Shown here in pieces: positions 9,546-18,519 of a stretch of DNA of 39,377 nucleotides. Location: positions 1-39,377 of the forward strand of contig CAMKTW010000001.1 of the NCBI GenBank assembly GCA_946415795.1. Reading direction: 5' to 3'. Under the pieces are notes generated by a model. That model was not told the origin of the DNA, did no database searches, and saw nothing but the letters and a program-made list of their open reading frames with translations. The stretch's first letter is position 1; each line of letters begins with the position of its first letter. This DNA is from an uncultured Bacteroidales bacterium. Lineage in GTDB: Bacteria; Bacteroidota; Bacteroidia; Bacteroidales; UBA932. A program made the position numbers and the translations under genes.

Positions 9546-10808
9546 TTATTTCTTCAGCCGGAAGATGGCGCAGTCGCCTTTATCGAGGTGCCTGCTTGCA
9601 CTGCGGCCGGGAATTTTGACAATAGAACCGTCGGCATATACCTGCGCTACATCTTTGGTAAAGGAGATGCTGTAATCAAATTCTGCAAGGTGAGAGCGGT
9701 TAACTATCATTACATACTGATAGTCTCCTTTTTCCAGGAACGATACCAGTGCTTCGCCTCCATTGGTATTAAGGTATTTCAGCGGCTCCGGAAGCGGATC
9801 GGAGAGAGCCGTCACGCCATAGGGCAACTCGCCACCGGTGTGATATACCATATTTACCTTACACCCTACAAATATTCCGGCGCGGGTCTGAATCTCTTTG
9901 TTCATCGCCTTTACAAGGTCGTAAACAGCTGTTTTTGTACCATCCTCCGCAATGGGTGCGTCGTGAAAATCCCACGTACCGGGGGTGGGACACCAATATG
10001 TGAAATATTGCAGGCACTGGGCGCCATAAGCAAGGTCGGTATAGAGTTGCAGACGCAGTGAAGCCTGGGTGGCGACGGGATATGGATAGTGCGCAGTTGA
10101 GAGCGCGAAAGCCCAGAAAGGTATTCCGGCCTCCCTGGCAGCCTTTGAAATGACCTCCAGATTATACCACCAGTCGTTGCGGACGCTACCGTTCTGCAGG
10201 ACAGGATAGTTGTCAAAAGAGAGCAGTGTGGGGTGAACGGTCTCTATAAACAGCTCTACGTGCTCTTCATAGGAGGAGCCGAGGGCCTCTTCGCTCACAT
10301 ATGTGGGGTTGAGGTTGAGGTACACGGGGTGACTGGAATCTGCGGCCCGCACGCGTGCGGCCCACTCGCCAAGGTCGGGCAGGTCGGCATTCATCGGCTC
10401 GTCCCGCAGGAAATAGCCGTAGAGGGCGGGATGGTCTTTTACTGCATTTACTATGCGCTCTGTTTCAGTCCGGAAAGAGTCTCCGCACATAAACATCACC
10501 TTGACCCCGGCCTGCTGCGCCAGGTCGAGAGACTGGAGCGCATCCGTGAGAGAATAAATATGGGAGAAGTTTATCGTAAAGCCTGCGTTCCTGAGCTCTT
10601 TGTAACGATCAAGAGTTGCATACTCGGGGGGAATGCTGTACCACGCCAGTACAGGCATCTCGGCAGCTTCTACATATTCTTTCTGATTAACTGGGGGCGC
10701 AGGGTCGTCCTTATCACCAGGGGTGACCGGGGTGGGTTTGGCACAGCTGCAGGCAAGGGGAAGGATTATGCAGACGGCAATTGCGCATAGTAACTTAAAG
10801 TATTTCAT
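9546..10808 (-). CDS. lipoprotein, possible TIM-barrel glycoside-hydrolase-like protein (function uncertain)
   Basis: 420 aa with lipobox PLACSC. Alternating beta/alpha pattern with FLRDEP and NLNP-type segments reminiscent of GH42/GH35-like barrels. I could not place it in a family with confidence. Confidence 0.55.
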   Translation of the reverse strand: MKYFKLLCAIAVCIILPLACSCAKPTPVTPGDKDDPAPPVNQKEYVEAAEMPVLAWYSIPPEYATLDRYKELRNAGFTINFSHIYSLTDALQSLDLAQQAGVKVMFMCGDSFRTETERIVNAVKDHPALYGYFLRDEPMNADLPDLGEWAARVRAADSSHPVYLNLNPTYVSEEALGSSYEEHVELFIETVHPTLLSFDNYPVLQNGSVRNDWWYNLEVISKAAREAGIPFWAFALSTAHYPYPVATQASLRLQLYTDLAYGAQCLQYFTYWCPTPGTWDFHDAPIAEDGTKTAVYDLVKAMNKEIQTRAGIFVGCKVNMVYHTGGELPYGVTALSDPLPEPLKYLNTNGGEALVSFLEKGDYQYVMIVNRSHLAEFDYSISFTKDVAQVYADGSIVKIPGRSASRHLDKGDCAIFRLKK

Positions 10809-10868
10809 ATCTACCGTTTTTATATAAATGTGATTGTCTGGAACTTATAAAAATATTTTTATATAAAT

Positions 10869-10886
10869 CTATAAATATATTTTTAT
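10869..10886. repeat. 18-nt AT-rich iteron CTATAAATATATTTTTAT, copy 1
   Basis: Exact duplicate of 11185..11202. It overlaps the stop of the RHH gene. Confidence 0.7.
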
Positions 10887-11182
10887 AGTTTGTGGTACTT
10901 TTTAAGGAGGTCTTCTATCGCTTCATTATAAAGCTCGTCATACTTTGAGCCGGTCTCAAACTTGAGTTGACCCAGGCGGAGAAACATAGCATTATCAATA
11001 TGAAAACTCACAAGCTTCCGGTTGGCATTCTTTGACACCTTCACAGTTGAAGGTGCGGAAACCTCAACGCCTGCAGGCTTCGTTGCTCGTAAAGTAGCGT
11101 TACCTAAAGCACCGCTTAAACTGGAAGACGACCCCAGTGTCGCCTCCCGGAACTTGTCAAACGGGTCTGATTTCTTTGCCAT
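10883..11182 (-). CDS. small ribbon-helix-helix (ParG/CopG-like) protein, putative ParA partner
   Basis: 99 aa. The N-terminal half is Ser/Gly/Ala-rich and probably disordered. The C-terminus KLVSFHID-NAMFLRLGQLKFE-TGS-KYDELYNEAIEDLLKKY fits a beta-strand/helix/G-x-S turn/helix RHH pattern. It lies immediately downstream of parA. Confidence 0.5.
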   Translation of the reverse strand: MAKKSDPFDKFREATLGSSSSLSGALGNATLRATKPAGVEVSAPSTVKVSKNANRKLVSFHIDNAMFLRLGQLKFETGSKYDELYNEAIEDLLKKYHKL

Positions 11183-11184
11183 TT

Positions 11185-11202
11185 CTATAAATATATTTTT
11201 AT
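11185..11202. repeat. 18-nt AT-rich iteron CTATAAATATATTTTTAT, copy 2
   Basis: Exact duplicate of 10869..10886, in the 50-nt parA-RHH spacer. Related TTTTTATATAA(T) words occur at 10817, 10856 and 11204. Confidence 0.7.
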
Positions 11203-11232
11203 GTTTTTATATAATAGTATTTTTGTATATTT

Positions 11233-12006
11233 CTATAATTTGCGGCCTGATACGCGTTTACCAAGGGTTTTAGCTATTTCGAGGTATTGTTTTGTAACCT
11301 TGCCTGATGGGTCATAATCGTAAATATTCTGATTAAAAGAACCAGCCTGCGCGATCTTTGTAGCCTTGGTAAGGACGGGTTCTATAAAGGCATCTCCCAT
11401 CTCTGATTTAATCTTTTCCACATACATATCGCTGAGCTTATTGCGCTCATATTTAGAAATAATGACACCAGAAAGAACCAAATCGGGATTCAAACGGGGA
11501 TTTGACTTGACATCTGCATACAGGTTTGCAACCATAACCATACCTTGATAGGCCAAACCGTCAGGAGTAGCTACCATAACAAGATTGTCAGATGCTATGA
11601 GTGCATTATAGGTTATAAGACCAAGCGCCGGCGGACAATCTATTATTATAAAGTCGTATTTGCTCTTTACCGGCTTCAGCAGGTCCAGCAGCAGATATTC
11701 ACGCCCCGTAACAGAGGCAGTGTCGCGGTCAAAATTGGAGAGCGAAAGCTCAGACGGAACCAAATCCACATGATCGGCCGCGTGCTCGATTTTAAATTGA
11801 TTTTTGTCCAAAAAAGCGTCCCGGATACTGGCCTCGTGCTCGTCCGGGGCGAGGGGACTTACCATTGCAGTAAGGTTGGCCTGCGAGTCCAGATCCACGA
11901 ATAAGACCTTCTTTCCCATACGGGCCCAGGCATATCCCAGCGCCACGGCGGTAGTTGTTTTTCCAACACCGCCCTTATTGTTTGCAAAACATACAATCTT
12001 TCCCAT
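11233..12006 (-). CDS. parA: ParA/Soj-family partition ATPase (orphan, no ParB/Spo0J partner)
   Basis: Deviant Walker A NKGGVGKTT, followed by VDLDSQANLT. About 257 aa from the ATG at 12006 (the track start at 12021 is TTG). AT-rich relative to its flanks. Confidence 0.88.
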   Translation of the reverse strand: MGKIVCFANNKGGVGKTTTAVALGYAWARMGKKVLFVDLDSQANLTAMVSPLAPDEHEASIRDAFLDKNQFKIEHAADHVDLVPSELSLSNFDRDTASVTGREYLLLDLLKPVKSKYDFIIIDCPPALGLITYNALIASDNLVMVATPDGLAYQGMVMVANLYADVKSNPRLNPDLVLSGVIISKYERNKLSDMYVEKIKSEMGDAFIEPVLTKATKIAQAGSFNQNIYDYDPSGKVTKQYLEIAKTLGKRVSGRKL

Positions 12007-12024
12007 ATATCTATATCTCAATTA

Positions 12025-12058
12025 GTTATACAAATATATAGAAAAATATTTGTATAAC
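12025..12058. promoter_or_regulatory. perfect 13-bp inverted repeat (GTTATACAAATAT-N8-ATATTTGTATAAC) overlapping a minus-strand TATATTTG -7 box upstream of parA
   Basis: Read directly from the sequence. The position and symmetry fit an operator/centromere-like site for a dimeric RHH protein. Confidence 0.45.
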
Positions 12059-12085
12059 AAAACATAAATATAGAAATAATTTTTT

Positions 12086-12105
12086 CTATAAAGATATATT
12101 TTTAT
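12086..12105. repeat. iteron copy 3, imperfect (CTATAAAGATATATTTTTAT)
   Basis: Same word as 10869/11185 with a 2-nt insertion. It overlaps the ispE stop codon. Confidence 0.5.
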
Positions 12106-13001
12106 TTAGGGAAAATACCATAGATTGCGCTGCCGCTGCCGGTCATAGAAGCGTAGATTGCACCGCGAGAATAGAGATCGTTTTTAATATCCGCGAGAAT
12201 CGGATATTTGGCAAAGGCGTAGGCCTCGAAGTCATTTACGACATTCTCGCGCCAGTTCAATATAACTTGAGAAAGTCTTAACTTAAGGTTTGATAGATAG
12301 TTTGAGCTACTAGCAGTATTCTTCTGCCCGGCGCTAATGGCTCCGACCAAACTTCGCTCCGGGCCAGTCGACTCTTCGCGCCTATTCCCTATGCGAACTT
12401 GTTCTTCGCTTTGTGCTCCGGGCGTAACTGCGTCCCCAAAACCCTTTATTGCATCTACGCCTTTATAAGCTTCTGCCGTTGAAATGTGGATCCCCGGGGT
12501 GACAACTTCAATGCGATAGGGGGAAAGATCTATATCGAAAGGTTCCAGGATTTCGCCACGGCCGCTGGCAAACATAGGTCGGTTATAGATAAAAAACGGG
12601 CAGTCGCTGCCAAGTTCTGTTGCAATCTCAGCAAGCCGTTCCTGCGACAGGCCAAGCAAGAACACTTCATTTAGAGCAATCAGTGTGAACGCCGCATCGC
12701 TGCTTCCACCCCCGAGACCAGCCCCCATCGGTATATTTTTATATAAATATATATGGACATCGCCTATGCCGTATTCACTCTGCATCAGCCGGAACGCCTT
12801 GAAACACAGGTTTTTCTCAGCAGTCACGTCGCAAGGCGTACCGTAGCAAGTCATGCCGGCCTCATCGGCTTTCACTACCTCCAGCACATCGCGCACATCA
12901 GGCACCGGCACAAACAGCGTCTCTATATCATGATAGCCGTCGGCGCGCTTGCGCACTACATCCAGTCCTACGTTAATCTTGGCGTTTGGGGTAAGTATCA
13001 T
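12102..13001 (-). CDS. ispE: 4-diphosphocytidyl-2-C-methyl-D-erythritol kinase
   Basis: KINVGLDV N-terminus, GHMP-kinase motif PMGAGLGGGSSDAA, and C-terminal MTGSGSAIYG. 299 aa with an extra low-complexity segment before the last motif. Confidence 0.92.
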   Translation of the reverse strand: MILTPNAKINVGLDVVRKRADGYHDIETLFVPVPDVRDVLEVVKADEAGMTCYGTPCDVTAEKNLCFKAFRLMQSEYGIGDVHIYLYKNIPMGAGLGGGSSDAAFTLIALNEVFLLGLSQERLAEIATELGSDCPFFIYNRPMFASGRGEILEPFDIDLSPYRIEVVTPGIHISTAEAYKGVDAIKGFGDAVTPGAQSEEQVRIGNRREESTGPERSLVGAISAGQKNTASSSNYLSNLKLRLSQVILNWRENVVNDFEAYAFAKYPILADIKNDLYSRGAIYASMTGSGSAIYGIFPK

Positions 13002-13026
13002 AATCTGGTTTCTGCAACAAATTTAA

Positions 13027-13034
13027 TATATTTG
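13027..13034 (+). promoter_or_regulatory. -7 box TATATTTG upstream of pepP
   Basis: TAnnTTTG match 20 nt upstream of the ATG at 13055. Confidence 0.4.
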
Positions 13035-13054
13035 GGTATATTTTCTAAAACGCC

Positions 13055-14446
13055 ATGTTCAGCAAAGAAACTTACATCGCACGCCGCAAAAAGCTCGCAA
13101 GCAGCGTCGAGAGCGGCATCCTTGTTTTCCTGGGGAACAACGAATCTCCGTGTAACTATCGCGACAATACGTATATCTTCCGGCAGGACAGCACTTTCCT
13201 GTATTATTTCGGCCTGGATTTGCCGCACCTTGCCGCTGCCATCGACATTGATAGCGGCGGTGAGATTATATTTGGCGACGATGTGGACATAGACGACATC
13301 ATTTGGATGGGTCCGCAGAAGAGCATCGCAGACCAGGCAGCCTCGGTCGGGGTGGGGAAGACCTATCCGTTTGCCCGCCTGAACGCCTTTGTGGCGGATG
13401 CCCTCGCAAAGGGCCGCACGGTGCATTACGTCCCGCAGTACCGCGCCGACAATTTAATACTGATGTCCGACATCCTTGGCACGCAACCCGCTGCCGTGAA
13501 CTCCGGGGCAAGCGTTGATCTTATAAAGGCCATCGTGGCGCAGCGCCTCGTCAAAGAGCAGTGCGAGATTGCAGAGATAGACCGCGCCTGCGACCTGGGC
13601 TACGCTATGCATTATACAGCTATGACGCTGTTAAAGCCCGGTATGACAGAGCAGGAGGTGGTAGGCGCCATGGAGGGCGTTGTTATCAGCGGAGGCTATA
13701 TGACATCTTTCCCCACCATCCTCTCGCAGCACGGGGAGACGCTGCACAACCATCTGCACGACAAAGTGCTGGAGGTCGGCAAACTGTGCGTAATCGACGC
13801 CGGCGCCGAGATTGCCAGCCATTACTGCAGCGACTTTACCCGCACGCTGCCCGTGGGCGGAAAGTTTGACAGCCGCCAGAAGGATATCTACACCATCGTC
13901 TCTACCGCCAACTCTTTCGCTGCGGAGATGGCGCGCCCCGGAATCACCTATCGCGAGGTGCACCTGGCCGCCTGCCGGCTGATGCTTCAGGGGCTCAAGA
14001 ATGTCGGCCTTGTGAAAGGGGACATAGATGAAGCGCTCGCACTGGGCGTGCAGGGTCTGTTTATGCCCCACGGCCTGGGCCACAATATGGGCCTGGACGT
14101 GCACGATATGGAGAATCTGGGGGAGAATTATGTGGGTTACGATCCTGGCCAGGAGCGGGCAAAACAGCTGGGCCTGGGCTCGCTGCGTATGGCGCGCAAG
14201 CTGGTTCCCGGCCACGTGATAACCGATGAGCCGGGTATCTACTTTATCCCCGCGCTGATAGAGCAGTGGAAGGCGGAGGGCAAGTTTGCCGGCTTCATAA
14301 ACTACTCCGCGCTTGAGAGCTATTATGACTTTGGCGGCATCCGGCTGGAAGACGATATCCTGATTACCCCTTCCGGCTGCCGCAGGCTGGGGCAGAAGCG
14401 GCTCCCCATCACGGTAGAGGATGTTGAGGCCGCGATGGCCTGCTAA
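13055..14446 (+). CDS. pepP: Xaa-Pro aminopeptidase (M24B)
   Basis: 463 aa. N-terminal AMP_N-like domain and a pita-bread catalytic domain with DAGAE, HGLGHNMGLDVHD, TDEPGIY and IRLEDD metal-ligand motifs. Confidence 0.9.
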   Translation: MFSKETYIARRKKLASSVESGILVFLGNNESPCNYRDNTYIFRQDSTFLYYFGLDLPHLAAAIDIDSGGEIIFGDDVDIDDIIWMGPQKSIADQAASVGVGKTYPFARLNAFVADALAKGRTVHYVPQYRADNLILMSDILGTQPAAVNSGASVDLIKAIVAQRLVKEQCEIAEIDRACDLGYAMHYTAMTLLKPGMTEQEVVGAMEGVVISGGYMTSFPTILSQHGETLHNHLHDKVLEVGKLCVIDAGAEIASHYCSDFTRTLPVGGKFDSRQKDIYTIVSTANSFAAEMARPGITYREVHLAACRLMLQGLKNVGLVKGDIDEALALGVQGLFMPHGLGHNMGLDVHDMENLGENYVGYDPGQERAKQLGLGSLRMARKLVPGHVITDEPGIYFIPALIEQWKAEGKFAGFINYSALESYYDFGGIRLEDDILITPSGCRRLGQKRLPITVEDVEAAMAC

Positions 14447-14497
14447 CGTGCCCTGTGACAGTCTTTTCTGCCGCAGATCTGTGTGCCGCCGCCAGTA

Positions 14498-14514
14498 TGT
14501 GACATTTTGTCACA
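14498..14514. promoter_or_regulatory. perfect palindrome TGTGACA-TTT-TGTCACA between pepP and groES
   Basis: 7-bp arms read directly from the sequence, 77 nt upstream of the groES ATG. It could be an operator or a weak pepP terminator. Confidence 0.2.
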
Positions 14515-14590
14515 AAAAATGCGGTGGCACTCATTTTGTCTTACAGACACACTGCAACTGAAAATTTGTAACATTATAAATATTAAAATC

Positions 14591-14860
14591 ATGATTAAAC
14601 CATTAGCAGACAGAGTGTTGGTTGAAGCTCAGGAAGCCGAGACCAAAACCGCAAGCGGACTGTTTATCCCCGATTCGGCAAAGGAAAAACCCCAGCAGGG
14701 TGTCATTATCGCAGTTGGAAACGGCAAAAAGGACGAACCTATGGAACTCAAGCCGGGTGACAAGGTGATGTACGGCAAATACTCCGGCAGCGAAGTATCT
14801 TTCGATGGTAAAGACTATCTGATCATGCGTCAGAGCGATGTCATCGCAGTTATTGAATAA
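14591..14860 (+). CDS. groES: co-chaperonin GroES
   Basis: MIKPLADRVLVE...KTASGLFIP....GKV.AVG. 89 aa from the internal ATG of ORF 14483..14860. Confidence 0.95.
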   Translation: MIKPLADRVLVEAQEAETKTASGLFIPDSAKEKPQQGVIIAVGNGKKDEPMELKPGDKVMYGKYSGSEVSFDGKDYLIMRQSDVIAVIE

Positions 14861-14867
14861 CCTTTAA

Positions 14868-16511
<1,644 letters not shown>

Positions 16512-16570
16512 TTACCGGCCCTCCCGCTTCGCCCATTTATCATTCCGGGCGAAGTTGGTGGTTTAAAAAA

Positions 16571-16602
16571 CGGCTCGGGCTTGAAGCCCGGGCCGTTTTT
16601 TT
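16571..16602 (+). terminator. bidirectional rho-independent terminator after groEL
   Basis: CGGCTCGGGC-TTGAA-GCCCGGGCCG hairpin flanked by A6 upstream and T7 downstream. It lies between convergent genes. Confidence 0.8.
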
Positions 16603-16625
16603 GAATGGTGTTGTGCCCGACTTTA

Positions 16626-18161
16626 TTACTGCTGCAAAAAAACGGGACGGACCGATAGCCCATAGCAGCGGTAGCTGCTGTAACTGTAGAAATCATCCGA
16701 ATTGAAGTGGACGGTGCGCGCGTTGTACGGGTAGCCCGTACTGAGGGAAGAAGACCAGTATCTGCCGTCGATCCCGACATAAACGAGTTGGGTAACGGTC
16801 CGGCCACCGGCAGCGGGCAGGAATATGCTGTTGCCGTTGGGGCCGGTAACCAGCCTTCCGTTTACACCGTCCCGTGTCGTCCATTCCCAGGTGCATTCTG
16901 TCCTGAGCTCTGTCCACTCCTCCTCTGTGGGTATTCTCCAGTTGCCCCCCCAGTTGACACTGGCTGCGTCGTCCTCGGGATCTAATATGGCATTGTTGTC
17001 GATATTGCCGTATGAACTGCTTGTACAATACTTGGTCATCGTACCGCCGGTACCATTGCACCACTGGTATGATGCCCAGTTGTAACCAGCGGTCTTGTCG
17101 GATTTCCAAGTCAACGGGTCCAGGCTGCTGTAATACGGCTCCGTCTCTCCCCAGGCGAAATAATCGCCAGATTCCTCGGGAGCATTTGCTCCAAGGTTGC
17201 AGGTTGCCCACTTTAATCCGGACGGAAGCCCCAGATTGACGTATTCGTGCGAAAGGTAAGGATGGGGCTCGTCAATATTTACGACCGGCATCTTGAGGAG
17301 ATTGGAACGGGTGATGGTCTGGCTCCGGGTAGTCTTTAATTCCGTTCGTCTGCCTTGGGTATCGGTAATGGTGACCGTGAATCCTTTTGTCATTTTCACA
17401 GGCGGGAGGGCAATGATGAACACCGTGGCGAGTTCCTCTTCAAGCTGTACGCCATATCCACAACCCAAAGTAACAGGAGATGTCGGTACTGTCGGAGTTG
17501 CATCTGCCAGGGTGATTGCAGGTGCTGCGGTATTAGACACTGTAATCGTTGCCTCTCCGCAGAGTTTCTCACCGTTATTGCCCTCTATGCTGATTGATAG
17601 TATTGTTGCCGTACCCGTCAGCTGGAGCTTCAAACCGCCCAGAACGTTCTTGAACATCAGGTTCATATCACTGACGGACCTCGATACTGCCGCCATCGGG
17701 AACGCTTCGTCGCCGATGTTTGCATAGGCATAGCTCTGGGTTGCCGGGAGGATAATGTCGCTTAAGACATACGAATCCCCGCGCCTGGCGATTGCTGCCG
17801 TCGATGAATAAGGGTAGAAGGCGACATTTACGGGTAGCTCGCCGCCGGCAACGAATCCGGGGCTTTCCATCCTTTCCAGGATAGCAGCCTGCTGCCCTTC
17901 CGACATATCGGAGACCCGGTACTGCTCATTGATGGTGCTTCCGGCAAAAAGGCTTACCCGGTCACCCTGTTCCCAGATAACGGTGCCGAAGACGTCAAGG
18001 AAGGTCTTGGTTTCTATCCCGGCTCCGCCGTCATCGGTTAACTTCTCGATGGTGGCCGTGAAAACCTTTCCTTCCGAAGTTGCGTCACTCTTTTCTACCT
18101 TCTGGCAGCTACATACTGCCACCGCGACCATAAGGCCTGATACCAATACCTTTTTCATCAT
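16626..18161 (-). CDS. surface lipoprotein: fimbrillin-like N-terminal domain plus one FISUMP/DUF1566-like C-type-lectin-fold module (paralogue A)
   Basis: Real start MMKKVLVSGLMVAVAVCSCQ (lipobox) at 18161/18158. The upstream 93 codons of ORF 16626..18443 are read-through. C-terminal module (about 16629-17245): LGLPSGLKWATCNLGA, GDYFAWGETEP, WRIPTEEEWTEL, NGNSIFLPAAG, YWSSSL, GLSVRPV. Confidence 0.85.
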   Translation of the reverse strand: MMKKVLVSGLMVAVAVCSCQKVEKSDATSEGKVFTATIEKLTDDGGAGIETKTFLDVFGTVIWEQGDRVSLFAGSTINEQYRVSDMSEGQQAAILERMESPGFVAGGELPVNVAFYPYSSTAAIARRGDSYVLSDIILPATQSYAYANIGDEAFPMAAVSRSVSDMNLMFKNVLGGLKLQLTGTATILSISIEGNNGEKLCGEATITVSNTAAPAITLADATPTVPTSPVTLGCGYGVQLEEELATVFIIALPPVKMTKGFTVTITDTQGRRTELKTTRSQTITRSNLLKMPVVNIDEPHPYLSHEYVNLGLPSGLKWATCNLGANAPEESGDYFAWGETEPYYSSLDPLTWKSDKTAGYNWASYQWCNGTGGTMTKYCTSSSYGNIDNNAILDPEDDAASVNWGGNWRIPTEEEWTELRTECTWEWTTRDGVNGRLVTGPNGNSIFLPAAGGRTVTQLVYVGIDGRYWSSSLSTGYPYNARTVHFNSDDFYSYSSYRCYGLSVRPVFLQQ

Positions 18162-18181
18162 AACTACCAGATTTAATAATT

Positions 18182-18316
18182 CTACCACTCTCCTTGTGTC
18201 TCGGTCACTTTCTCGGTCTCGCTGCCGCAGATTACACTTTGGATTCCTACAGAAAGTACATCGCATACAGGAGTTGTGTACTCCATAACGCTCTCGTTCT
18301 CCATCAGTTTTTTCAT
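18182..18316 (-). CDS. conserved 44-aa upstream ORF (copy A): MKKLMENESVMEYTTPVCDVLSVGIQSVICGSETEKVTETQGEW
   Basis: ATG 18316, TAG 18184-18182, 20 nt before the lipoprotein ATG. It has paralogues at 36293..36421 and inside 18520..18903. All 5 nucleotide differences from copy B in the last 19 codons are synonymous. Confidence 0.65.
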   Translation of the reverse strand: MKKLMENESVMEYTTPVCDVLSVGIQSVICGSETEKVTETQGEW

Positions 18317-18368
18317 AATTCTTTTTGTTTATAATTATAAGTAAATGTCGGTTCCAATATCTGCACCT

Positions 18369-18399
18369 CAAATTTATGCAATTTTCATTATAGTTGCAA
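18369..18399 (-). promoter_or_regulatory. promoter TTGC-N19-TAAATTTG for uORF A and lipoprotein A
   Basis: -7 box TAAATTTG (rc of 18369-18376) and TTGC (rc of 18396-18399). The geometry is identical to 36466..36496. Confidence 0.5.
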
Positions 18400-18519
18400 G
18401 ACACTGCCGGGGTCGGATGCAGAACAGTCGGTGCGGTGCGCAATTGCGATATGGCATATGCTCAATGGTTAAAAGATGTCTGCAAGCTCTCTTACTCCGG
18501 CTTCTATTGGTTTGCACAA

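Noticed and set aside
12731-12760. An AT-rich word, TATATTTTTATATAAATATATAT, inside ispE that resembles the parA-islet iterons.
   Set aside because: It encodes the conserved IspE segment HIYLYKNIP using AT-rich codons. The similarity to the iterons is compositional, not a separate element.
14483-14590. The upstream extension of the groES ORF (MPPPVCDILSQK...).
   Set aside because: GroES homology starts at MIKPLADRV (ATG 14591). The extension spans the intergenic promoter and palindrome region.
18162-18443. The 93-codon N-terminal extension of track ORF 16626..18443.
   Set aside because: The extension has no protein-like features and no ATG context. The true start is the lipoprotein signal MMKKVLVSG...CSC at 18161. 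The region instead holds the promoter and the 44-aa uORF in another frame.
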